IMG/VR virus record: IMGVR_UViG_3300027759_000045
Location: 124,001 to 188,000 of that record
Length of the DNA: 64,000 bases
Strand: one strand, 5' to 3'
A program made the translations under genes and the position numbers. The notes under the pieces were generated by a model. The model was not told the DNA's origin. It did not search any database and saw only the letters and a program-made list of their open reading frames with translations. The first letter of the stretch is position 1. Every line of letters begins with the position of its first letter. Below, one piece after another: positions 16,674 to 26,949 of this stretch.

Positions 16674-18181
16674 GAGCAGACTTTTACTCCGTATAATTGT
16701 TCAAATCTATCTGCGTCTGCACGATCATTTACCATGGGTTCACCACGTATGTTAAGACTTGTGTTAAGCAACATGGGACAACCTGTGTTCTTGTACCATT
16801 CTTCTAGCAGTTGTCTTATTCCGGAGCCATCCTTGGGAACAGTCTGTACCCTACTAGTGCCATCCCTATGAACGATAGCAGGAAATATGTGAGGATGCCT
16901 ACAGCGAGCGATGACTTGCATATACCTACTGTTATGGAAGCCATGAGGCATATCAAAATACATATCAACATGTTCCTCCAAAATGATTGGCGCAAATGGT
17001 CTGAATTGCTGTCGTCTTTTAATATCATTTACACGGTCCTTTATATCTGCACCACGCGGGTCTGCCAATAAACTACGATTGCCTAGAGCTCTAGGGCCAA
17101 ACTCTGCACGACCACTAGCAACACCCACAATTTTATCACGTAGCAAACAAGCCACAACGTCGTTGACAGGATAAGCACCAGGAATATCACTACCCAGATA
17201 GGCGTTGGTCCAATGTATCTGTTTTCCGTATGCCAGTGCTGCTGCCCCCAGGCTACTGCCAGCATCACCAGGACAAGGCATAATCCAAATGTTATCAAAG
17301 TATTCTCCTAGGTTGCGGTTAGCACTACAGTTGAGAGCAACACCGCCCATGTAGACCAAGTTGTTACTCCAGCCAAAGTCCCTGGCTCTACGCATTACTG
17401 AGTTGATCAGCTGTTCTGCTATGGCCTGTGCGCCAGCGGCAATATCAAACTCCGTTAAGCCTTCTAAGTACTGGTTGTCTATGCCGGTGTGCAGATTTTC
17501 ACGAAAGCGTATGGTGTCTACATCTTCTACCAATGCTTGCATTTTAACAGCGTGACCAGCATTGCCATATGCAGCCATGCCCATCAAGATATATTCTTCA
17601 TCTAATGGACGTAGGCCAACGCTGCCAGTAACTGCAGAGTAGAACAGTCCAATTGAATGTGGATAATGTTGTGTCCAAAGTTTTTTATACTTTGCCATGC
17701 CTTTTGAATCATATTCTGCTCCCCAGATAGTTACGGTGTCTAATTCGCCAATTGCATCAATTACAACCACTGTGGCCCTGTTATAGGGGCTGGATTGGAA
17801 TCCAGCGGCGGCGTGACTATGATGATGGGACATATATTTTCTAGGACATTGTAGTAGTCGCTGCCGATGAACAGTATCAGATAAGTGTTTACGCAGATAC
17901 TGATCCAAAGTAAAATTCCCAAAATTAAAGGCTTCCTCATATTGTCCCGAATATAGTTGTTGTAGTTTTTTGACCCACGGACGTTCATAGTATGCAATCA
18001 CATCCGGAGTTGCGTATGACATTGCTTCTGCAATGATTGAATCATTTAGATGTGCGTCGTTTTTGTTTTTGCTGTAGCGTTCTGCATGGCCAGCAAAAAG
18101 GACGCTGCCGTCAGACTGAATTACACTGACGGCAGCATCGTGAAATCCAGCACTGATACCAAAATATGTTTTCAACTTCAT
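16670..18181 (-). CDS. Carbamoyltransferase, NodU/CmcH/TobZ family
   Basis: HDAAV, ERYSKNK, HHHSHAAA, DAIGE, GGVALNC, GDAG, GRAEFGPRALGNRS, FRPFAP and LNTSLN.RGEP. Confidence 0.95.
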   Translation of the reverse strand: MKLKTYFGISAGFHDAAVSVIQSDGSVLFAGHAERYSKNKNDAHLNDSIIAEAMSYATPDVIAYYERPWVKKLQQLYSGQYEEAFNFGNFTLDQYLRKHLSDTVHRQRLLQCPRKYMSHHHSHAAAGFQSSPYNRATVVVIDAIGELDTVTIWGAEYDSKGMAKYKKLWTQHYPHSIGLFYSAVTGSVGLRPLDEEYILMGMAAYGNAGHAVKMQALVEDVDTIRFRENLHTGIDNQYLEGLTEFDIAAGAQAIAEQLINSVMRRARDFGWSNNLVYMGGVALNCSANRNLGEYFDNIWIMPCPGDAGSSLGAAALAYGKQIHWTNAYLGSDIPGAYPVNDVVACLLRDKIVGVASGRAEFGPRALGNRSLLADPRGADIKDRVNDIKRRQQFRPFAPIILEEHVDMYFDMPHGFHNSRYMQVIARCRHPHIFPAIVHRDGTSRVQTVPKDGSGIRQLLEEWYKNTGCPMLLNTSLNIRGEPMVNDRADADRFEQLYGVKVCS

Positions 18182-18279
18182 TTGTAGATAAAAGGATCTC
18201 GCTTGCGTAGTTCTTTTAGTTTTTTACGATAGCGTATTTCTAAACAAATACGATTGTATAAATTTTTAATCCAGTTCAT
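18178..18279 (-). CDS. 33-aa basic peptide ending DPFIYK, coupled to the carbamoyltransferase (not in ORF track)
   Basis: Hand translation MNWIKNLYNRICLEIRYRKKLKELRKRDPFIYK*. It starts 1 nt after the upstream stop, has SD AAGGA, and overlaps the downstream gene by ATGA. Confidence 0.75.
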   Translation of the reverse strand: MNWIKNLYNRICLEIRYRKKLKELRKRDPFIYK

Positions 18280-18280
18280 A

Positions 18281-19348
18281 TCATGTCCTTTGTATTATTT
18301 TAATTTGTTGGTCTGCATAATCTGCATCTGTCCAGTTATAACTGTATGTAGCTGTTGCATTGCTGGTGCGTATTTTATACACATCAAGATGCGTTCCCAA
18401 CATGTTCCATATATCTACATAGTTATCTGTTCCAAAACTACGGATCAAATCTACCTGAGCCACCTGCGGATGTCCAATGGTCAATGTTTTATCGTCTGGA
18501 TCAAATCCATTGTTTATTAACCATGTTCTAAAGTCTGCCAAATGCTTCTTTTGCCAGTCATGTGGGCCAGGATTGTTTGCCCACTCTATATCAAAATCAC
18601 CAGCAGCTTCAAGTTGACTACGCATGGTTGTGGTTGTTAAAGTATCAATGATCATATTGGGATTATAGTTGGCCTCGTCCACAAATACTTCCCAATGGTG
18701 TTTGCCCACAGCCTTATTTACGCCTACAAAAACTCCACCCAGTGGCCTATTGATTGTTTCAATTCCAAACAGTTCATAATCTTGTTTATCTAATAGAAAT
18801 CGTGGTGCGTGTAACCAACACATGAGTTGACTAGGTCGTTGCCATGCAGGTGCATAAAGTGCTTTGCGCATACTGAGAACAAGACTTTCGTATTCATGAC
18901 ATAACAAATTTAATTGTCTTATATGCCATCGTGTAGTAGAATCTGCTTTGGTATAAAAAGGACTCATTGCACCCGATACACCTTGTAAATCTTCAAAGTA
19001 ACGATGTAGATAGTTTAACTTATCATGTATTAACGTTGTATCAGGCGTAATAGTATTAGCAGTTGAGAAATAATCGTCAATTTGATATCCAATGTTGGCA
19101 GCATTAATGGCAGCAATACTACTGTTCATTTGTTCAGTCAAGTATTCTGCGTTGCGCTGACTTTGTGTAAATCCAAAAAAACAGTAATTCTTTTCCAAAT
19201 GATAATTGTCACGGATCAGGGTATTTAATGCGGCAAGCCATTTGTGACTCAGGCTGTTGTCCGCCACATCTATATGCACAGTGAGCAGACTATCTTTTCC
19301 GCGCAGGTCTATTTCAATTTGATCTATCATTGTATATTCATCCACCAT
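18281..19348 (-). CDS. Hypothetical protein
   Basis: 355-aa ORF in the operon; LNYLHRYFEDLQG and LNLLCHEYE His/Glu helices could bind metal. Confidence 0.75.
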   Translation of the reverse strand: MVDEYTMIDQIEIDLRGKDSLLTVHIDVADNSLSHKWLAALNTLIRDNYHLEKNYCFFGFTQSQRNAEYLTEQMNSSIAAINAANIGYQIDDYFSTANTITPDTTLIHDKLNYLHRYFEDLQGVSGAMSPFYTKADSTTRWHIRQLNLLCHEYESLVLSMRKALYAPAWQRPSQLMCWLHAPRFLLDKQDYELFGIETINRPLGGVFVGVNKAVGKHHWEVFVDEANYNPNMIIDTLTTTTMRSQLEAAGDFDIEWANNPGPHDWQKKHLADFRTWLINNGFDPDDKTLTIGHPQVAQVDLIRSFGTDNYVDIWNMLGTHLDVYKIRTSNATATYSYNWTDADYADQQIKIIQRT

Positions 19349-20625
19349 TTTAATACATCAGGCCGGCTGCTCAGTATGTCTGTCATTGTGACTTGTTGTG
19401 TACGTATCTGTTCTAATTTTAACACACGTGCCTTGCCTTTTGCAATACCTGCGGCATACTGATCCGGCCATTGTTCAGCAAACGTAGGGCGTGTGCGTAG
19501 TTGAATTAACATGTCTCGCATCACTTGTGTGCGACATTGCGGTAACATTTCGTCAATCCAATCATGTAGCAATTCACGCGGCAATGCTAACGGACTCATA
19601 ACAATGTCAGGACCGAAACTGAATATCACTTTGGCCAACAGTTCTACTCCATACGTTTGCGCTAACGTTTCCATTGCACCAATCTCAAACATGCCTGGAA
19701 GAGTCAGCGTAAAGTCCAACCGCATCTGTCTACGATTTTTTTGGTACTTTAACCCTTCTTCAAAGTTTTGACAGAACTGTGAATAATCAAGTCCTGTTCT
19801 GATGTATTCTCCGATGTGTCCGGTTCCGTCAAGGCTGGCACAAATCTGCCAGTCACGTATGTTGGTCAAAATGTCACGATATAAATTAACGCCACGATAC
19901 TCAATGCGACTAAGATTGGTGTTATATCTAGCATATAGCTTAGGTCCATCTCCAAGTTCTACAATTCTTTTCATATACCGCCAATGTTGTTCATACATTA
20001 AAGGTTCTCCGCCCACCCAATAAATCTCTTCTACACGGTGTTGTTCTACTGCTTCGGCAAATTCTGACTCAATTTGCTCATCTTGAAACTTGGTTATTTC
20101 TTGACGTATTTCTGTGCGCATCCAATTGTTCTTAGGATTGTGCCAGTTGGTCATGTCATGTGTCTTTTGCTCTGTTTCCCATGCACTACTTAACATGTCT
20201 CCGCAGGTTCTACATTTAAAGTTACACAGGTTTGAGAAACGGTAATCCCAACTAACTGGTTTCATCGTGGTATACCCTGTGCTGTCTGTAGTAGTAACTG
20301 CATCGTCATATTTGTGTTTGAATAAATGCCAAAAATAACTGCGGTAAACATCAGTGTTTAACAGTTTACTATTACACACGTCGCATTCTGGTAATGTTTC
20401 GCCTGCCATCATTCTACGTCGAACTGATCGCATGTGATCACTGTTCCAGTGTTGCTCTAGTGTAACAGGCGTGTACCGGCCAGAGCCTGCAGATGTGTCA
20501 ATATACTGCTCAAAACTCTGTGCAGGTTCTCTGGAAGCGCAACACATACGCCGTTCTGTTTGTGGACTTAGATACGTGTGTGTCCATGGCGCCATGCACA
20601 ATGTATCAGGCTTTGTTGTAGTCAT
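19327..20625 (-). CDS. Radical SAM enzyme with N-terminal twitch-like domain
   Basis: CMAPW...MCC...CDVC, then CNFKCRTC, GGEPL, YNTN and ASLDG. Confidence 0.9.
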   Translation of the reverse strand: MTTTKPDTLCMAPWTHTYLSPQTERRMCCASREPAQSFEQYIDTSAGSGRYTPVTLEQHWNSDHMRSVRRRMMAGETLPECDVCNSKLLNTDVYRSYFWHLFKHKYDDAVTTTDSTGYTTMKPVSWDYRFSNLCNFKCRTCGDMLSSAWETEQKTHDMTNWHNPKNNWMRTEIRQEITKFQDEQIESEFAEAVEQHRVEEIYWVGGEPLMYEQHWRYMKRIVELGDGPKLYARYNTNLSRIEYRGVNLYRDILTNIRDWQICASLDGTGHIGEYIRTGLDYSQFCQNFEEGLKYQKNRRQMRLDFTLTLPGMFEIGAMETLAQTYGVELLAKVIFSFGPDIVMSPLALPRELLHDWIDEMLPQCRTQVMRDMLIQLRTRPTFAEQWPDQYAAGIAKGKARVLKLEQIRTQQVTMTDILSSRPDVLKWWMNIQ

Positions 20626-21826
20626 AATTGATCAATGCCGCAAACTCTGGTGCCACATCTGCTAAGTTTTGTTTTCGTTTGTAATCAAAGTCGCGCAGGT
20701 TCATTCGCAACAGATTTCCATCTAGGCTATTGCCACGATTCATAAACTCAGCCGCACTCACAAATTCTTTAAGTATCTTAGGCGGAACGCTTGCAGAGGT
20801 CAGTTGTTTAGTAATTTCTGCTTTGGCCGATTCTGGCAGTGTGCTGATACTAAAGTAATAGGCATCGTGCATCATGTTCCAGTAAATAAAATCAAATCCC
20901 TGTTGTACAAGCCAATTGGCCACTGTTTCGAGATAGTACACATTGAATACATTAATGGTGCAACAGGCCTGCAGAGTAATGTTGCTGTTGCGGCTGCGTA
21001 GTTGACGGAAACGTTCAACATTCTCCACAACTTCTGTCCACACAGCATTAGTGCGTTGATATTCAAAACGTTCAGCAACATCGTCGATGCTGACAGCAAT
21101 CTCTACATGTTTGAAATGTTTCCAGATTGCCTCACCTTCATCTGGATATTGTGTGCCATTGGTATTGTAATGTATTTCGACTTGTGCGGCACGTCCAGTA
21201 TCTACTAACTTTTGTAGCAGTTGGAAATGTTCTTTGATCATAAAAGGCTCGCCGCCAGTAAATTCAATGTAGCGTATGTTGTCCAGGTGCTGGTCTAGGT
21301 CTGTCCAGAACTCTGCGCTTTCTCTAGGCCAGGCACCGTCCTTCAGCATTTGATAAGCAAAGTTGCCACGAGTGTCTTCTGCACGATTATATTTAATTTC
21401 TTCCGCGGCGAACTGGCTACTGCTCCACGAACCACAAATGCGACATTTTAAGTTGCAGATGTTGCCCAGTTTAAGATCAAGGAACATCAATGGCATAGCA
21501 TCCGTGGTCCAGGAAACATCTGTGTCAATCATGTGCTTGAGTCTGTCTAGTGTATGCATACGTTTACTTGTGCGACCTGCACGTTCTTCGTTCCAGCAAC
21601 GCCGGCAGTTTTGCGGCTTTTTGCCAGCAAGAAAGTCTTCACGCAGAGTTTTCATTGCTTGACTATTTTGTATTTCAACTAATCCAGTAGAGGCCAGTTT
21701 ATATTTGTCACCAGCATCGTTGGTAATTTCATCCATGGCCAAACAGCATGGTCGCACAGTGCCAACAGGACTAGCCTCTAGACTGATCCAGGGTAACACG
21801 CAAAAAGTGTCATGTGGTATGTTCAT
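20606..21826 (-). CDS. Radical SAM enzyme with N-terminal twitch-like domain
   Basis: CVLPW...PCC...CRRC, then CNLKCRIC, GGEPF and YNTNGT. Confidence 0.9.
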   Translation of the reverse strand: MNIPHDTFCVLPWISLEASPVGTVRPCCLAMDEITNDAGDKYKLASTGLVEIQNSQAMKTLREDFLAGKKPQNCRRCWNEERAGRTSKRMHTLDRLKHMIDTDVSWTTDAMPLMFLDLKLGNICNLKCRICGSWSSSQFAAEEIKYNRAEDTRGNFAYQMLKDGAWPRESAEFWTDLDQHLDNIRYIEFTGGEPFMIKEHFQLLQKLVDTGRAAQVEIHYNTNGTQYPDEGEAIWKHFKHVEIAVSIDDVAERFEYQRTNAVWTEVVENVERFRQLRSRNSNITLQACCTINVFNVYYLETVANWLVQQGFDFIYWNMMHDAYYFSISTLPESAKAEITKQLTSASVPPKILKEFVSAAEFMNRGNSLDGNLLRMNLRDFDYKRKQNLADVAPEFAALINYDYNKA

Positions 21827-23106
21827 TTAATTGCTCTTAGTTCAGGTAATACATCAAGCACATGTTCTCGTCTAATGCTGTCAAGCTCGTGCGTCTTGCG
21901 CCAAAAAGTGTCTAGTAGATGTGTGTTGTCAGTGCTGTTCATAAATGTAATAGCACTTTCAAATCCCACAGTGGCACGATTTAATTGATCCAATGGGCGC
22001 AACCATTCTAAGTGTTGCTCATACTTAGATTGTATTTGTTGTTTGTACTCTGCAGGTGCGATGTCGATACGCAAGTATGCAGGGTCTTGAAGTATGTTCA
22101 CGTTGAGATCCTGAGGTTTTAATAAACCTTTTTCTACCCAGTCTCTGTGAAAGTCAGGAAGATGCAGTGCATTCATTATACTCAATGTAGGACTGATATA
22201 AAAGTCTACCCTAGGGCATATTTCCATCATCTGTCTACGATTAGATTCTACCACAGCCCAGTCTGTGCCTTTACGTATATACTCACCTCGTGGACCCGAC
22301 GCATCAAGGCTTGCACCAACTGCCACGCTGTCAAATTTGCGCCAGTAATCAAACACTGTGCGGTCTTTAAGACGTGTCTGTGTAAAGTTAGTATTGTATA
22401 TTAGTCTAACATCAAAGCGACCACGACGTTCTAGTTCTTCTAGAATCCGGTAGTGCTCTTCCATCATCAAGGGTTCGCCGCCGGCAAAGTAAATCTGCTC
22501 CACGTGATCAATATGCTCAATCAGCTGTTCCCACAGATCAGTGGCAAAACGACCAGCATAGTTAAGAGGTTTGTTTTGACTGGCCCAAGCGGATCCTGCT
22601 AATTCTGTTTGATCTTTGTACCAACTTGAACTAAAGATATGCCCACAACTACGGCAACTTAAATTGCAAAGATTACTAAACCGCAGATCCCAATAGGTCA
22701 TTTCAAATTGATCAACATGCCCAGCAGCATCTGTATTGTCTACACGGGCAACATGGTGCCCGTGGTGCTTGTTGGCACTTTTACGTCCACTGAAAAATCC
22801 TGATTCTTCCTGTTCGTAGCAACGGCCACAGGTAGGATTAGGTGTTTCGGCCAGCATGTCAACTCTGAGTTGTTTTTGTTCGGCACTGTTCCATATTTCT
22901 GCCAGTGTGTTTGATCTGCAGTTGCCAATTTGGCCCACACCCATTTCGGCATGACAGCAAGGATATGCTTCGCCTGTGGGATATGCGTGTAAGTGTATCC
23001 AAGGGTAGATGCAAAATGTTTTGGAATCTTTTAATAAAAATTCTTCACGTTCTGAAAGTTCTGTTGGACGTACTAAATCTGTTGAATTATATTTGTATTG
23101 AGTCAT
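21823..23106 (-). CDS. Radical SAM enzyme with N-terminal twitch-like domain
   Basis: CIYPW...PCC...IGN...CGRC, then CNLSCRSC and GGEPL. Confidence 0.9.
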   Translation of the reverse strand: MTQYKYNSTDLVRPTELSEREEFLLKDSKTFCIYPWIHLHAYPTGEAYPCCHAEMGVGQIGNCRSNTLAEIWNSAEQKQLRVDMLAETPNPTCGRCYEQEESGFFSGRKSANKHHGHHVARVDNTDAAGHVDQFEMTYWDLRFSNLCNLSCRSCGHIFSSSWYKDQTELAGSAWASQNKPLNYAGRFATDLWEQLIEHIDHVEQIYFAGGEPLMMEEHYRILEELERRGRFDVRLIYNTNFTQTRLKDRTVFDYWRKFDSVAVGASLDASGPRGEYIRKGTDWAVVESNRRQMMEICPRVDFYISPTLSIMNALHLPDFHRDWVEKGLLKPQDLNVNILQDPAYLRIDIAPAEYKQQIQSKYEQHLEWLRPLDQLNRATVGFESAITFMNSTDNTHLLDTFWRKTHELDSIRREHVLDVLPELRAIK

Positions 23107-24445
23107 ACCATGTTGATAATGTTACGTCTAACGAATAACTGTCTTTAAATGTATCTTTAAAACTTTTTCCGCGACGTTGATCGTACTGTGTGTAAAACTG
23201 CTTAAAATCATTGTGTAACTTAGGCATATCAAATGCGTCTGAATGCGGAGTTTTTACTACATCTAAATAATCAATTAATCTCTGTAGGTGATTAATCTCG
23301 TGTTCGTGCAGTATGTCAGGAACCGCTTTCCATCGCTGTAGGAAATTAGATAAGTCAAGCATGTGACGTGTAAGCAATGCCCGGGGCAATACCAGTGGAC
23401 TTTGAAAACTGGGAAATCTCAATATATTTAATGTAAAGTTAACACGTTCACGACCATACTTTGATTTAAGTTGTACTACGTAATGCAGAAGCATTGGCAA
23501 CGTTGTCAAGCACAATGCATTAATGGTGGCCATTATGTGTACTGCACCCACATGACTGTCTAGTAATTTAACTACATTTTTTTCCCAAGCAGGATAATCT
23601 AGTCCATCTCGAATATATTCAGCGGCAGCGCCAACAGCTTCCATGGATGTGTAAATTTCCACATCCAATCCTTGAGTGCTTTCAATTAATCTATCCACGT
23701 CAACATCTGCACCAAGATTAGAATTAATTGCTAACCGGGTGGTCGATCTACCGGGATTGTTTTTAAACCAGTCAATCAATTTCCATGTCTCGGCACTCAT
23801 TAGCGGTTCGCCGCCGGTGATTCTCAGTTCTTGGAGTGTTTGGTGAAGGTCAGTTTCCCACCATTTAAAAAACGCTTCAACATAGGGATTAGTTTCACCA
23901 AGCCGGTATAGTTGACTGCTAGCGTGAGCATGAGTAAAGTGGTTACGCCCATCAGACACCAGGCCGACATAAGGTCCGCTTCGCTTGATATCATTGACCC
24001 ATGTGCTACTGAAAGCAGGGTTACAATAGCTACAAGCAAATTGGCAAGTGCGATCGAACGCAATTTCAAGTGTGCGAAGATTGACATCTTCGGTGTGTGG
24101 GGTGTTATATGCTTCATCTAAGGCCTTTATAGGATAAATTTTACTTTTGTACACACGGTCTGATACGGAATCTTTGCCCATGTCTTCGATCTTCCAACAG
24201 TATTCACAACCTGAGGGACGTTTCCCTTCCAACATCAGTCGTCGATCATCTTTTTTCTTTGCAGTGTTATGCAATGCAGATGGATTAATTTTTAATTGTT
24301 CAACATCGATTGCGTGTGCTGGAGGGTGATGACAGCTGGTGGTCTGGCCCGAACCTAGCCATATGGTGGCATTGTACCATTTGGCCGCACAAAAACTTGC
24401 ACTCTTGGTGTCTAAAATTTCATGTTTAAAGTCTAAATCGTTCAT
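23087..24445 (-). CDS. Radical SAM enzyme with N-terminal twitch-like domain
   Basis: CAAKW...SCHHPP...CEYC, then CQFACSYC and GGEPL. Start at ATG 24445 (MNDLDF) is preferred to avoid a 119-nt overlap. Confidence 0.88.
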   Translation of the reverse strand: MNDLDFKHEILDTKSASFCAAKWYNATIWLGSGQTTSCHHPPAHAIDVEQLKINPSALHNTAKKKDDRRLMLEGKRPSGCEYCWKIEDMGKDSVSDRVYKSKIYPIKALDEAYNTPHTEDVNLRTLEIAFDRTCQFACSYCNPAFSSTWVNDIKRSGPYVGLVSDGRNHFTHAHASSQLYRLGETNPYVEAFFKWWETDLHQTLQELRITGGEPLMSAETWKLIDWFKNNPGRSTTRLAINSNLGADVDVDRLIESTQGLDVEIYTSMEAVGAAAEYIRDGLDYPAWEKNVVKLLDSHVGAVHIMATINALCLTTLPMLLHYVVQLKSKYGRERVNFTLNILRFPSFQSPLVLPRALLTRHMLDLSNFLQRWKAVPDILHEHEINHLQRLIDYLDVVKTPHSDAFDMPKLHNDFKQFYTQYDQRRGKSFKDTFKDSYSLDVTLSTWYDSIQI

Positions 24446-25565
24446 TGATAAATTGTTGGAAACGGTTGGGAAATTCTTTGCGAGTCTGTGTGCGCACTTC
24501 TGCAAGATGTTGTTGATTGTATTTACACACATTATAGCATTCATTTAGGAAACTTGCAAGATCTTGTTGGCACAAATCATTAACTATCATTGTTATTCTT
24601 TCCATTCGATCTTGATGATTATCAATAGAATCAAAACTTTCATCAATCACATGTCCAAATGTTTGAAATCCCAACTTGTGTATATCTCGATAAAATCCTA
24701 CACTGGTAGCACAGATCCACGGATGCCCCATGGCCAATGGTTTGGCAATTTTTTCTGTTCTAAAACTATACGGATATTCAAACACAGTTTCAGTTACTAA
24801 ACTAAAGTAGGTGTCAATATACGGAGCAGGTTCTAAATAAATTTCTCCCCATTTGCTGCCAAACAGTTCGTTCTTGGCAAATTTGTGTGGGTAGTCGATC
24901 ACAATACTATTATTTTTAAAAAATTCAAATTCATATTCTGAAGGCAAGTGTTTAATAGATGCAGTTTTTCCCAATAGATCTTGCCTGTTTTCTATTAGTG
25001 TAAAATGCCTGCTGCCACCGGCACGACCATCTAACAGTGTCCAAAGTGCATGATCCAACAGATTCATTTGTCGAAATCTTTCAAGTAGATATTTTCTATG
25101 TGATCTTGCTCGCCCATTTAGAAATAAAAATTTGTAGGGTTTGTTGTGTTTGGCAAAGATTTCATCAGTACGTTGTTGTGCCTGAATGTTTTCATCATAG
25201 TCCAAGATGTGTGTAATAAAATGTTCGTGCAATAGATATGGATATTGAGATTCCATCTCGCCTCCAGTTAGCAACAATAGTTGACCTGACAGTACCAGGT
25301 CCTCAATCTTTAACACATGCAATTGATCCAGTATAGTTTTAGAACCTTCGGCGCTGTTGCCAAATATCACAGTTATGGTTGGATCCTGTGTCATTGATCT
25401 GACACGATCTGTGTGTTCTACCATTTGCTTACGGCCTAATAGATAGATTGAATTGGACTGCGTTTCGTGCAGGCCCAAATCCCAGAATTCATCATCCGAG
25501 TAAGGTTTCATTATACTGTAAACCTCGCTCATTGTGTCAATAATAAACTTACGATTGCCGAGCAT
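24426..25565 (-). CDS. Glycosyltransferase-like protein (TEK family), paralog 3
   Basis: FLFLNGRARSHR; ETVFEYPYSFRTEKIAKPLAMGHPW...GFQTF...DESFD. Confidence 0.55.
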   Translation of the reverse strand: MLGNRKFIIDTMSEVYSIMKPYSDDEFWDLGLHETQSNSIYLLGRKQMVEHTDRVRSMTQDPTITVIFGNSAEGSKTILDQLHVLKIEDLVLSGQLLLLTGGEMESQYPYLLHEHFITHILDYDENIQAQQRTDEIFAKHNKPYKFLFLNGRARSHRKYLLERFRQMNLLDHALWTLLDGRAGGSRHFTLIENRQDLLGKTASIKHLPSEYEFEFFKNNSIVIDYPHKFAKNELFGSKWGEIYLEPAPYIDTYFSLVTETVFEYPYSFRTEKIAKPLAMGHPWICATSVGFYRDIHKLGFQTFGHVIDESFDSIDNHQDRMERITMIVNDLCQQDLASFLNECYNVCKYNQQHLAEVRTQTRKEFPNRFQQFINERFRL

Positions 25566-26949
25566 GGTACTCGCATTCTGCCCACCAAGACCGCATTTCA
25601 GGAAAAGCTGTTAAAAAGTCAGTTCCTCTACGCCGATCATGTTCAGCAAAGAAACGATGGAAATCTGCTCGGGCAGTTGAATTATCTTTATGTTGTCCTT
25701 CACGCATCCACGCAACATCACGTTCTAGGCGTTGCACTTCGTAATCTTTAAATCCGTGCAGAGGGTTAGCTTCTGTAACCATGTTGGCCAACATGTAATC
25801 TCTAGCACGTTCTAACTGTTGTGCATAACTTTCTGGAAGTATTTGTAAACTTTGCCAAGCAGGTTCACGTAGTACTGGAGTATCAAACCACACACGTTGA
25901 TAAGTTGTTGAATATGTTTTTCTTAATTCCAAAATCCATTTTAACAGTGCAGGCAAACCAGTGACAGTTAAATTGTTCATAGTAATAATAAACGTCAGAC
26001 TATTGCGATAAGGAATATCACGTAAGAATTCTTCAACATTATTGGCCATGCGACCATAGTCCAGTCCGTGACGTAAGTATTCTGCTTGTGCAGGTATACC
26101 AGAGTCTAGGCTGACGTACTGCATGAAGTGTTCAATGTTGGGCGTACAAAGACGTTTTACATAACTTATGTACTTTTTAAACAGCGCATCTTCCACTGAA
26201 AAGTTTGACGTTACATTCAGGTGTAGTTTAGGATTAGGGTGTTCTAATACATAATCAAACACCCGATAAGTGTTTCGATCCATTAATGGTTCACCACCAG
26301 TCATACGAAAGTGCTCTAGCTGTGGATACAGGGTGGGCCACCATTCCCAAAATGCATCTACATAAGGGTTAGCTTCCCTGACAGGAATAGGTTTGCGATT
26401 GCCTACAAAATGCTCCGGCGCATTGTGTGGTTTACTGGTGGGATATGCACCGTGTCGTTCTACTTCTTCACCCCAACTACTACTGAACTGCGGTGAACAA
26501 TAACTGCACTTTAGATTACAAGCGTGGTTAAAATTAACTTCTACATAACTGGGAACAACGTCATCCTCATTGCCTACACTGTTTTTAATCTTTTCAAAAT
26601 CCACCGCAGCCCAGGCTTCTCCAGAACGATAGTGGCGATCACTCAGTTTGTCCAAGTTTTCCATATTCCAGCAATACTGACACTCCGTGGGCTTTTCACC
26701 GCGAATCATCATCATACGTTGTTGTTTTTTGTGTTCAGTGTTGTGTATTCCACCAGTGTGTTGCAAATCATCTGCAGTGATCTGATGCAACGGCGGGTGG
26801 TAACAACTGTTGTTGAGTCCTGTAGGCAGGTGCAGACTTACCTGTTTCCACTTGGCCAAGCATAATGCAGGACCAAGATCCTCTGCCATCTGTTCAGCAG
26901 AGTTTAAGAATCGACTTTTGTTGTCTACTGTTTCATCACCTTTGTTCAT
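25549..26949 (-). CDS. Radical SAM enzyme with N-terminal twitch-like domain
   Basis: CLAKW...SCYHPP...CQYC, then CNLKCSYC and GGEPL; close paralog of 23087-24445. Confidence 0.9.
   Translation of the reverse strand: MNKGDETVDNKSRFLNSAEQMAEDLGPALCLAKWKQVSLHLPTGLNNSCYHPPLHQITADDLQHTGGIHNTEHKKQQRMMMIRGEKPTECQYCWNMENLDKLSDRHYRSGEAWAAVDFEKIKNSVGNEDDVVPSYVEVNFNHACNLKCSYCSPQFSSSWGEEVERHGAYPTSKPHNAPEHFVGNRKPIPVREANPYVDAFWEWWPTLYPQLEHFRMTGGEPLMDRNTYRVFDYVLEHPNPKLHLNVTSNFSVEDALFKKYISYVKRLCTPNIEHFMQYVSLDSGIPAQAEYLRHGLDYGRMANNVEEFLRDIPYRNSLTFIITMNNLTVTGLPALLKWILELRKTYSTTYQRVWFDTPVLREPAWQSLQILPESYAQQLERARDYMLANMVTEANPLHGFKDYEVQRLERDVAWMREGQHKDNSTARADFHRFFAEHDRRRGTDFLTAFPEMRSWWAECEYHARQS

Noticed and set aside
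24446-24544. Extended N-terminus of the 485-aa radical SAM ORF (likewise the ORF-track starts at 2832, 4056, 13525 and 31442)
   Set aside because: These create longer overlaps with upstream genes; internal ATGs give the short coupled overlaps typical of this genome.
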